A stretch of 23,580 nucleotides of DNA from Polyangiaceae bacterium (lineage in GTDB: Bacteria > Myxococcota_A > Polyangia > Polyangiales > Polyangiaceae). The DNA lies in NCBI GenBank assembly GCA_044222475.1, contig JBGANF010000122.1, positions 1 to 23,580 on the forward strand. The letters are read 5' to 3'. The notes under the pieces were generated by a model, which ran no database searches, was not told where the DNA came from, and saw only the letters and a program-made list of their open reading frames with translations. The position numbers and the translations under genes are program-made. Of this stretch, positions 8,623-15,800 are shown piece after piece; within the stretch, counting starts at the first letter, position 1, and each line of letters opens with the position of its first letter.

Positions 8623-9252
8623 TTATCCGCCGGCAGGCCGATACACGACGCGAAAGTTGCTCTCCGAGCCGGGAACCGCTTCGCCGAGCGGCTCGAACGT
8701 CACCCCCGTGAGGTCGCTCGCGCGCGCGCGCACCGCGTCGGTCACGAGGATCTCGTGCGCCTTTGCGGTGTCCTCTCCGAGCTTCGAAGCGGCGTTCACC
8801 TCTTGGCCGTAGACGTCGATGTCGCCGATGCGGAGGATGCGCCCGAAGCCGATCCCCACGCAGAGGAGGACCTGCTCCTCCGGGGACCGACCCGCGTTGT
8901 ACTTGTCGCACGCGAACTGCATGTCGATCGCGCACTCGAGCGCGCGCGACGAGCGCTTGAAGATCAAGAGGAGGCTGTCGGCCTCGACCTTGATCAGGAT
9001 CCCGTCGTGCGCGGCCGCGATCGGGAGGAGCAACCGCTTCTGCTCGAAGATGACCTGGAGGAAGTGGATGATCCCGAACGCCGCCACGTGCCGGCTGAAG
9101 CCCGAGAGGTCGGTGAACATCACCGCCCACTCTTCGCCGAAGAGATCCCAGATGCGCTCGTCGATGCGGGCGACGTCGGCGTTCGGCGCGGTGCGCTCTT
9201 CGATGAGCTTCCAGAGCCTGATTTCGGATCCCTTCAGGTGGCGATCGGACAT
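8623..9252 (-). CDS. Stand-alone class III adenylate/guanylate cyclase domain protein
   Basis: MFTDLSGFS (metal Asp1), IKVEADSLL (Lys specifier, Asp2), CVGIGFG, DVYGQEVNAASKL. Start at ATG 9252 (MSDRHL). Confidence 0.9.
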   Translation of the reverse strand: MSDRHLKGSEIRLWKLIEERTAPNADVARIDERIWDLFGEEWAVMFTDLSGFSRHVAAFGIIHFLQVIFEQKRLLLPIAAAHDGILIKVEADSLLLIFKRSSRALECAIDMQFACDKYNAGRSPEEQVLLCVGIGFGRILRIGDIDVYGQEVNAASKLGEDTAKAHEILVTDAVRARASDLTGVTFEPLGEAVPGSESNFRVVYRPAGG

Positions 9253-9275
9253 GAGCCCGATGGTACCAAATCGCG

Positions 9276-10136
9276 TCAGCGAGGGACGACCGACAGCGTG
9301 AGCAAGCTCGGACCGAACTGCTTCACCGGCTCGAACGTGGCCGGGGGATCGACGTCGAAGGACTTGCTGGAGTGTCCCGCTCCGAGGGTGTCGTCCCAGC
9401 GGAAGTCCTCGTGCGTGTTCGCCTCGAGGATGACGTCGACGTCGGTGTCCGGCGTGGAGTCGGCGATCGCCAGCGAGATCGGGAACCCGTAGCTCGCCTT
9501 GCCGTTCTCGATCGTCAGCGTGATTCCGCCACCGGTCGTCTGCGGCAGCGGGCCATCGTTGCCGGTGACCGGGCCGTACTTCTGCGAGCCGGCGACGAAG
9601 GAGAAGGAGTAGTAGCCGCTCGAGCGCTGGACGGCGTCGATGGTGGTGCCGTCGCTGAGGACCTGGAGGTTCTGGAACGTGCCGGGGACCGACATCCCGA
9701 GCGCGTGGACCACCGCGTCGACCTCGTAGCGGACGTGCGAGACGTACGCCTTGGCGTAGACGTACGTGCCGGCCTTCAGCGCCGAGCGCGGGATCTTCGC
9801 GAGCACGGTGTCGGCGGCGTCGTCGACCGGCGCTTCGATGAACCCGCCGGCGAGATCGAAGACGGTCCACGGGCTCGGGTCGTTCGCGCTCGTCCCGAGG
9901 GTGAGGGCGCGGACGCCGAGGAGCTGCTTCTTCGGCGTCTGACCGGACCACCCGTCGAGGTGGGCGATGGGCTTCGTCGTGGCACGAAGGTGGATGGTGA
10001 CGAAGTGTTCGGTCGAAGCGTCTTGGGCGTCGGCGACCACGACGTCGGCCGCCGGGGCCGCGTCGGTCGGGCCGACGTCGGCCGAGGAGGAGCAAGCGAG
10101 GAGGGGAAAAAGAAGGACCGGAAGGGCGCGTTTCAT
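9276..10136 (-). CDS. Uncharacterised beta-rich lipoprotein
   Basis: MKRALPVLLFPLLA-C-SSS lipobox. Host-like codon bias. ATG 10136 chosen from the signal peptide and promoter-motif spacing. Confidence 0.8.
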   Translation of the reverse strand: MKRALPVLLFPLLACSSSADVGPTDAAPAADVVVADAQDASTEHFVTIHLRATTKPIAHLDGWSGQTPKKQLLGVRALTLGTSANDPSPWTVFDLAGGFIEAPVDDAADTVLAKIPRSALKAGTYVYAKAYVSHVRYEVDAVVHALGMSVPGTFQNLQVLSDGTTIDAVQRSSGYYSFSFVAGSQKYGPVTGNDGPLPQTTGGGITLTIENGKASYGFPISLAIADSTPDTDVDVILEANTHEDFRWDDTLGAGHSSKSFDVDPPATFEPVKQFGPSLLTLSVVPR

Positions 10137-10144
10137 GCCCATTC

Positions 10145-10171
10145 GTGGGCGCACGCGCCTCCGTTTATGAA
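10145..10171 (-). promoter_or_regulatory. Putative ECF-type promoter, copy 1 (TTCATA-N17-CCAC, 8 nt before ATG)
   Basis: Minus strand TTCATAAACGGAGGCGCGTGCGCCCACGAATGGGC-ATG. Same spacing as the copies at 11342-11373 and 14722-14753. Confidence 0.5.
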
Positions 10172-10172
10172 T

Positions 10173-10754
10173 CTATTTGCACGCCGGCGGGACGACCATC
10201 GTGTCGGGGTCGGGGGACCGCACCCACTCGATCTTCGCGTGGTCGGTCGAGACGAGCTCGACGACGCGAAACGCCGCCAGCGTGTTGCCGGCGGTGCGCT
10301 GGATCCGAGTGAAGTAGGTGTGGTTCAGGATCGGGTCGAGCGCGTCGTGGTCGCCATAGTGACCGACCGGGAAGAGCGTCGGGTCGACGGTCTTCGGGAG
10401 GCTCGCGAGCGAGACGTCGCCGAGATCGACGATGTACCCGTGATCGCCGACGACGAGGTCGATCATGAAGTAGTCGTCGAGCGAGACGTCGTAGCTGTTC
10501 TGGGTGATCTTCGGATCGCGCGACGCGAAGCGGAAGCTGAAGGCGCAGGCTGGCCAGCCGTGGACGCGACGCAGGCCGAGTGTCGTCGTCCCATGAAGGG
10601 ACGAGCACGGCATGCCGCTGATCGGATCGAGAGGACCGGTATCCGGAGACACGTCCGTGAGGCCGGAGTCGGATTTCGTGGCGATCGAACCGACGTCGAT
10701 CGAGCCACCGCACGCGGCGAGCGCGAGGCTCGCGAGGAGGACGGCGCGCTTCAT
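10173..10754 (-). CDS. Uncharacterised lipoprotein, tandem paralogue B
   Basis: MKRAVLLASLALAA-C-GGSIDVGSI. ATGA overlap with the upstream paralogue, to which it has extensive identity. Confidence 0.85.
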   Translation of the reverse strand: MKRAVLLASLALAACGGSIDVGSIATKSDSGLTDVSPDTGPLDPISGMPCSSLHGTTTLGLRRVHGWPACAFSFRFASRDPKITQNSYDVSLDDYFMIDLVVGDHGYIVDLGDVSLASLPKTVDPTLFPVGHYGDHDALDPILNHTYFTRIQRTAGNTLAAFRVVELVSTDHAKIEWVRSPDPDTMVVPPACK

Positions 10755-11338
10755 GGCAGGCACGCTCGCGGAGTGACCATCGTGTCGGCGTTCGGGGAGT
10801 GGACCCACTCGATCGTGACGCGATCGCCGGGGACGAGCCCCTTCACGCGGAACGTCGCGACCGAGTTTCCGTCGGTGCGGACGAGGCGCTGGAAGTACGT
10901 GTGGCTCGGCTGTGCTTGGAGCGCGTCGTGCTTACTCCACTGGCCGGTCGGGTACTTCTCCGGGTCGACCATCGCCGGGACGTCCTTCAACGGCACGTCG
11001 CCGAGATCGACGAGAAAGCTGCCGGGAGGGTCGTTCGCGGCGAGCTCGCTCATGAAGAGATCGGTCTCGTAATAGACGTCGAAGAGGTTCCGCGTGACCG
11101 CCGGGTCCTGCGATGCGTGGCGAAAGCTGAACGCGCACGCGGGCCAGCCGTGCACGGCACGGAGGCCGAGCGTCGCGGTGCCGTGGAGCGCGCTGCACGA
11201 GAGGCCGCTCACCGGGTCGGTGCCAGGCGCGGGAGTGCCCGAGTCGTTCGTGGGTCCGATCGACCCGACGTCGATGGAACCGCCGCACGAAAAGATCAAC
11301 AGAGACGCTGGGATGAGAAGAGAAGTCCGTAAGCTCAT
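10751..11338 (-). CDS. Uncharacterised lipoprotein, tandem paralogue A
   Basis: Lipobox LIFS-C-GGSIDVGSI. Shares LHGT-x-TLGLR-x-VHGWPACAFSFR and IEWV-x-SP-x-x-DTMV with 10173..10754. Confidence 0.85.
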   Translation of the reverse strand: MSLRTSLLIPASLLIFSCGGSIDVGSIGPTNDSGTPAPGTDPVSGLSCSALHGTATLGLRAVHGWPACAFSFRHASQDPAVTRNLFDVYYETDLFMSELAANDPPGSFLVDLGDVPLKDVPAMVDPEKYPTGQWSKHDALQAQPSHTYFQRLVRTDGNSVATFRVKGLVPGDRVTIEWVHSPNADTMVTPRACLP

Positions 11339-11341
11339 GCC

Positions 11342-11373
11342 GGTGAGTGGCGTGGGGTCGCCTGTTCTATGAA
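11342..11373 (-). promoter_or_regulatory. Putative ECF-type promoter, copy 2 (TTCATA-N17-CCACTCACC)
   Basis: Minus strand ACTTTCTTTCATAGAACAGGCGACCCCACGCCACTCACCGGC-ATG. Confidence 0.55.
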
Positions 11374-11441
11374 AGAAAGTTCGGGGCCGGTCAAACGGCG
11401 GGACGAGTCATCCTCCTGCGCTATGGTGACTCTGGGACGCC

Positions 11442-12422
11442 ATGATCCGCCGACTCGGTCCAATCTGCTTCGTTGCCGCCCTCGCAGCTTGCGGGCTCGA
11501 GTCGTCTGGGCAATCGCCTTCGAATGATGGCGGCGCCATCGTGGACGTCTACATCGACCGCGGATCCGGTGTCACGGACTCGGGGGCCAAGTGCACCTGC
11601 TTTGCGAGTCCGCCGGTGGGTTGGGCGTTCGTCGCGTACCAGCGCGATGGCACTCCGCCCTGCGGCGGTGCGTTCCCAGGGAATCCTCGGGTCGCCGTCG
11701 AGGCGACCGGTGCTGCGCCGACGTGCGCGTGCACCTGCTCGGGCGCCGCGGGCGCTACCTGCACCGTCACCGCCGACAACGTCCAGGTGTGGACCAACTT
11801 CAACTGCGGCGGCGGGTCCGACAAGACGATCGTGGGCGATCAGCCATGCTTCGACATCAACCCGGACTACAACCCGAACGGGGGCGTCTCGGCCAAAGGC
11901 ACCGCGACGACGACGGTGTCCGGTGGCACATGCGGCGCACCGTCGCCCGCGAAGAACGTCCCTCCGGCTGACGTCCACACCGGCGGATCGTGCGCGCTCG
12001 CCGGTGCCCTCGGCTCGGGCTGCTCGGCGGAGAACTCGTGCGTCCCCGATCCTCCCGCAGGTCTTGCGGTCTGCATCGTGAGCGACACGCCGAACGCGAC
12101 GTGCCCGAGTGGCTACGCCTCGGTGCACGCCGTCGGTGACTCCTTCGCCGACACGCGCGACTGTGGAGCATGCACGTGCGATCCGTCGCCGACGTGCACC
12201 GTGAAGGGCCAGTTCTTCAACGACAACGGCACCTGCGCGAGCAACAAGGCCGAAGCGAACGCGTTCGCGCTGGACGGCGCTTGCCACGTCGTCGGCAACA
12301 GCGGCTTCGCCGGGCACTCGCTCGGTACGACGACGACCGTGACGCAAGGCTGCACCGCAAAGGGCTTCCAGCCTGCTGGCGCGGTCACGGTCGGATCGCC
12401 GTACACGATCTGCTGCCCCTGA
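11442..12422 (+). CDS. Cys-rich lipoprotein of myxobacterial type
   Basis: Lipobox LAA-C, many Cys motifs (CACTC, DTRDCGACTC), C-terminal TICCP. Confidence 0.85.
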   Translation: MIRRLGPICFVAALAACGLESSGQSPSNDGGAIVDVYIDRGSGVTDSGAKCTCFASPPVGWAFVAYQRDGTPPCGGAFPGNPRVAVEATGAAPTCACTCSGAAGATCTVTADNVQVWTNFNCGGGSDKTIVGDQPCFDINPDYNPNGGVSAKGTATTTVSGGTCGAPSPAKNVPPADVHTGGSCALAGALGSGCSAENSCVPDPPAGLAVCIVSDTPNATCPSGYASVHAVGDSFADTRDCGACTCDPSPTCTVKGQFFNDNGTCASNKAEANAFALDGACHVVGNSGFAGHSLGTTTTVTQGCTAKGFQPAGAVTVGSPYTICCP

Positions 12423-12464
12423 CGGCTCGCTCCACCGCAGTGCCGACTCGCGACGCGACGTCGA

Positions 12465-12818
12465 CTACTCCATCTCCATGGGACGGCACTCCCCCGTCGC
12501 GAGATCCACCTGGAGCTCGAGGCCCGACGGCAGACCGCGGGGCGAGGCCTCGGGCACCCTCACCCAGTAGACTCGGTGCGTTCCATCGATCCACGTCGCC
12601 TCGCGCGCTTCGGCGCGGTCGAGCTGGAGCGGACTGCCCCACACGCTTCGGTACTTGACCGGGTCGGCGAGAATTGCGGTCCGCGAGAGACCAATGGCGC
12701 GTGCGGCCTCGTCGTTCATACCCTGGGATCCATGATCGGGGAGCGACCCCTCGGGAGCGCTCGCGCACGCGGCAATGCCGACGACGAGCCCGAGGAGAAC
12801 ACGATGGCACATCCCCAT
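12465..12818 (-). CDS. Small lipoprotein, hypothetical (start 12818 or 12812)
   Basis: MGMCHRVLLGLVVGIAA-C lipobox. GAGG lies at SD distance from ATG 12812. Fills the gap between flanking genes. Confidence 0.6.
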   Translation of the reverse strand: MGMCHRVLLGLVVGIAACASAPEGSLPDHGSQGMNDEAARAIGLSRTAILADPVKYRSVWGSPLQLDRAEAREATWIDGTHRVYWVRVPEASPRGLPSGLELQVDLATGECRPMEME

Positions 12819-12855
12819 CCTCGTACGTACCCGCGCGCCGAACCTTCCTCGAGGT

Positions 12856-13446
12856 TCATCCTCGCCCTCCGAGTCGAGCAAGACGGCGCCTCGCGATGCG
12901 AACCACGGAGTACCCACCGAGGGCGAGCGCGCTCACTCCAACGGCACCGGCCACGATCCGAACGCCGAAGGCGATCGCTCCGCAGTCGTTCAAGAGGTGC
13001 CACTGGGTCAAGAGCATCGACCAGTCGTGGTGGTAGCCGCCGCCGAAGCTGACGAGCGGAAGCTCTTCGCGCGACGCGTCCCCGATGTACGTCGCGAGCT
13101 CGAACATGCTGAACGAGAGCCACGACATGCCGACGACGAAGCCGAACCAGTCGCGCTGCTTCTTGAGCAAGTAGAGCGCAGCCGCGATGGGCACGAGGAG
13201 CTGCATGATGCTCCCGCCGGCGATCGTCATCGTGCGCCCGAACGGGATGAAGACGATGTGACCCATCTCGTGAAACGCGAGCGTGATGCCACCGAACCAC
13301 GTTCGGTAGAGGGGGTCGGCGAGGTGCCGCACGAACCCGTACGCGAGGTATCCGAGCAGCAGCCCGCGCGCCACGAAATCGTTTCGCTCGTCGAGCCAGT
13401 CCTCGAGGTCGTAGCGCAAGGCGTCGAAGCGAACGCGAAGGGACAC
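12856..13446 (-). CDS. Membrane protein with HExxH motif, M50/M50B-like zinc peptidase candidate
   Basis: ITLAFHEMGH within a hydrophobic segment, several TM helices, downstream HHDW as a possible third ligand. GTG start with TAGACT 6 nt upstream. Confidence 0.7.
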   Translation of the reverse strand: MSLRVRFDALRYDLEDWLDERNDFVARGLLLGYLAYGFVRHLADPLYRTWFGGITLAFHEMGHIVFIPFGRTMTIAGGSIMQLLVPIAAALYLLKKQRDWFGFVVGMSWLSFSMFELATYIGDASREELPLVSFGGGYHHDWSMLLTQWHLLNDCGAIAFGVRIVAGAVGVSALALGGYSVVRIARRRLARLGGRG

Positions 13447-13469
13447 CTCGCCAGTCTACGCCAGGCCCG

Positions 13470-14177
13470 TCAATCACCGAACAGCGCGTCGATCCTCCGC
13501 TGATACGCCGACCCCGGGTACCGCTTCGCGAAGATCGCCGCGCGCGTCCGCGCTTCGGCGTCGCGGTGCAGGTGCACCAATGCTTCGATGGCGATGCGAT
13601 CGCGCTCTTCGGCCAGGCTGCTCTTGGGAAACAGCTTCTCGTGCTCGGCGCATTTCGCCAGCGCCACGTCGGGCTGGGTCGCGACGACGCGGCTCGCTTC
13701 CTCGACGAGCGACGTGTCGAGCGCCGGGTCCGGCGGCGGCGCGCTGACCGAAGGCGTCGGGACGATCACCGGCTTCGTCGTAGCCGACGGCGCGACGGAC
13801 GCCGATGCCATCGGAGCCGACGCCGTCACCGATGGTACCAAAATGGTACTAGACACCGTCGTCACCGAGGACGGCGGCGCGGCGGTGGAGCCCGAATTCA
13901 TCGCAACCGCGCCGAGACCGACCGCCGCGGCGATCCCGGCACCAGCGATCAGCAATTTCGCCGCCACCGGGAGCCCGTTCATCGGCAGCGGCGGCGGCGC
14001 GCCCGCTCCCCCTCCCCCTCCCGCTCCCCCTCCCGGCCCAGTGGGAATCGGCGGAAGCTTGGCGACAATCGCCGCGAGTCGTTCCGCGCTCGGCACCTCG
14101 GCGCGGCCCGCCTCGAGCGCGGATCGAAGCGCAGCGTCGATCGTCGGATCGTCGAGGAGTCGCTTCTCGTCGGTCAT
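13470..14177 (-). CDS. Putative anti-sigma factor: short cytoplasmic N-terminus, single TM, Pro/Ser/Thr linker, C-terminal TPR-like helical domain
   Basis: Translationally coupled (ATGA) to the ECF sigma gene. TM KLLIAGAGIAAAVGLGAVAM. C-terminal FPKSSLAEERD...IEAL...YPGSAY helical-repeat pattern. Confidence 0.75.
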   Translation of the reverse strand: MTDEKRLLDDPTIDAALRSALEAGRAEVPSAERLAAIVAKLPPIPTGPGGGAGGGGGAGAPPPLPMNGLPVAAKLLIAGAGIAAAVGLGAVAMNSGSTAAPPSSVTTVSSTILVPSVTASAPMASASVAPSATTKPVIVPTPSVSAPPPDPALDTSLVEEASRVVATQPDVALAKCAEHEKLFPKSSLAEERDRIAIEALVHLHRDAEARTRAAIFAKRYPGSAYQRRIDALFGD

Positions 14178-14716
14178 GGCGTCCTCCGTGGCGAGGGGGT
14201 AGTCGGGAGCAGGGCGCGTTTCATCGCTTGCGAGACCTTCTCGCGCGCCGCGTGGAGCCGGGAATAAGCAGTCTGAAGCGGACAGCCGACGGCCTCGGCG
14301 ACGTCGTTCATCGCGAGGCCTTCGATCTCGAAGAGGACGAACACCGCGCGCTTGTCGTCGTCGAGCTGGTCGAGCGCGCGATCGAGCATCGCCCGCGCTT
14401 GGTGCGCCGCGAGCTGCTCGTGTTGGTCCCCCTCGATCGCACCTTCGGGCACGTCCGACGAAGCGATCTCGCGGTGCTGCGCGCGCCTTCGGTACGCCGA
14501 CGCGACGCGCACGCAGATGCCGTAGATCCAGGTGCGCAACGCCGAGCGCCCCTCGAAGCCGTCGATCTTCCGGAGCACGACCAAGAAGACCTCTTGGCAC
14601 TGATCGTCCGCGTCGCGCTCGGGCACGCCGAGGCGACGGAGCGCGCGCCAGACGAACGGCCCGTGCTCGCGGACGAGCGCCGTCGGGTCACGCGTTTGGG
14701 TCTCGACCGCCTCCAT
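14174..14716 (-). CDS. ECF-family sigma-70 factor
   Basis: Region 2 DADDQCQEVFLVVLRK...FEGRSALRTWIYGI. Region 4 RAVFVLFEIEGLAMNDVAEAVGCPLQTAYSRLHAAR. 180 aa. Confidence 0.95.
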   Translation of the reverse strand: MEAVETQTRDPTALVREHGPFVWRALRRLGVPERDADDQCQEVFLVVLRKIDGFEGRSALRTWIYGICVRVASAYRRRAQHREIASSDVPEGAIEGDQHEQLAAHQARAMLDRALDQLDDDKRAVFVLFEIEGLAMNDVAEAVGCPLQTAYSRLHAAREKVSQAMKRALLPTTPSPRRTP

Positions 14717-14721
14717 CGTCA

Positions 14722-14753
14722 GGTGAGTGGTCTTGCCCGCGATCGTTTCTCAA
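14722..14753 (-). promoter_or_regulatory. Putative autoregulatory ECF promoter, copy 3 (TTGAGA-N17-CCACTCACC)
   Basis: Minus strand ACTTTCCTTGAGAAACGATCGCGGGCAAGACCACTCACCTGACG-ATG, immediately upstream of the sigma gene. Confidence 0.55.
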
Positions 14754-15799
14754 GGAAAGTGCATTCCGAGAAAAAGCCCCCCGGTGAAGCTGAAAAGCCC
14801 CGTCCGATAGGGCACTTGCGTGCCCCCGGTCGTGTCGGTGTAGGTGACTTCCCCACGGATCAGGTTGACCCCGAGCACGGCGTGGGCGCCGACGACGAGG
14901 GGCCCGACGATCCGATACGACGCGATCACCTCGACGTGGCCGTCGAGGATCGCGGTGTCCCCGGAGCGCGACGTGGGGAGGCCGATGCCGCCGGCGTGGA
15001 AGACCGCGAGCGATCCGCCGACGCACACGCGCGGATAGAAGCGCCCGGCTTCGCCGACGAGCGGACAGAACGAGGCGCTCCCTTTCGCGAGCCACACCTC
15101 GGCGCGGCCGATGGGCAGGTCGACTCCGTTCGGGAACACGAACTGACCCGACACGCGAAACCCGACGAAGCGGATCGGGCTCTGCACCGTCGCCGCGCCG
15201 ACCACCGCGAAGCCGAGCTGCGGCGTGAGACCGACGACCATCGCGACTCCGGCCGCGGGCTCGACCTGCCACGAAGGCTTCGGCGGCGGGGGCGGCGGCG
15301 GTGGCGTCGGCACGGGGACGTAGACGATCTTCGGATCGGGATCCTTCGGGGGCGGATCCTTCGGCGGCGGATCTTTGGGCGGCGGCGGATCCGGATGACT
15401 GAGCGCATCGGGATCGATCATCAACGCGATCGCGAGCGCGAGCTTGTCGTCGAGACCGCTGCACGCGGCGTCGCCGCTCTCCATCGTGCGGGTGCCGAGC
15501 GCGAGCCCGTCCTTGCCGCGCAGGGTGACCGTCGCGCGCCACTTCACGGCGACGTCGCCGGTCACCGGTCCGACGCGACCTTCGACCGAGAGCTCGGCGG
15601 CCGACGGCGACACGAAGACCGAGTGACCGAGCCTCGCCTCGACCGCGCGCGCGAGCGCCTGCGTCGCGATGCACGAGTCCGCGCCGTCGAGCCGAACCCA
15701 GCTCAGCGAGCTGGGCTTCGACTCGGCGCGAGCCGCGTTCTCTTGCATCGCGACGAGCGCGAATGCGCCGGCCGCGATGGCGCACGCCCGACGCGGCAA
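14750..15799 (-). CDS. Exported protein with N-terminal Cys-pair domain, Pro-rich linker and probable C-terminal beta-barrel (start uncertain)
   Basis: Signal peptide ending AARA. DPPPK-repeat linker. C-terminal half of alternating amphipathic strands ending GGLFLGMHFP. Confidence 0.72.
   Translation of the reverse strand: MPRRACAIAAGAFALVAMQENAARAESKPSSLSWVRLDGADSCIATQALARAVEARLGHSVFVSPSAAELSVEGRVGPVTGDVAVKWRATVTLRGKDGLALGTRTMESGDAACSGLDDKLALAIALMIDPDALSHPDPPPPKDPPPKDPPPKDPDPKIVYVPVPTPPPPPPPPKPSWQVEPAAGVAMVVGLTPQLGFAVVGAATVQSPIRFVGFRVSGQFVFPNGVDLPIGRAEVWLAKGSASFCPLVGEAGRFYPRVCVGGSLAVFHAGGIGLPTSRSGDTAILDGHVEVIASYRIVGPLVVGAHAVLGVNLIRGEVTYTDTTGGTQVPYRTGLFSFTGGLFLGMHFP
15329..15393 (-). repeat. 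15-bp imperfect coding tandem repeat (DPPPK x3)
   Basis: Encodes PDPPPPKDPPPKDPPPKDPDPK. The + strand shows ggatc(c/t)tt..g.ggc units. Confidence 0.8.
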
Positions 15800-15800
15800 G

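Noticed and set aside
7211..10095. Long ORF calls 7211..9130 (639 aa) and 8623..10095 (490 aa) as fusion proteins
   Set aside because: The N-terminal extensions are off-frame read-throughs of neighbouring genes. The real starts are at 8194 and 9252.
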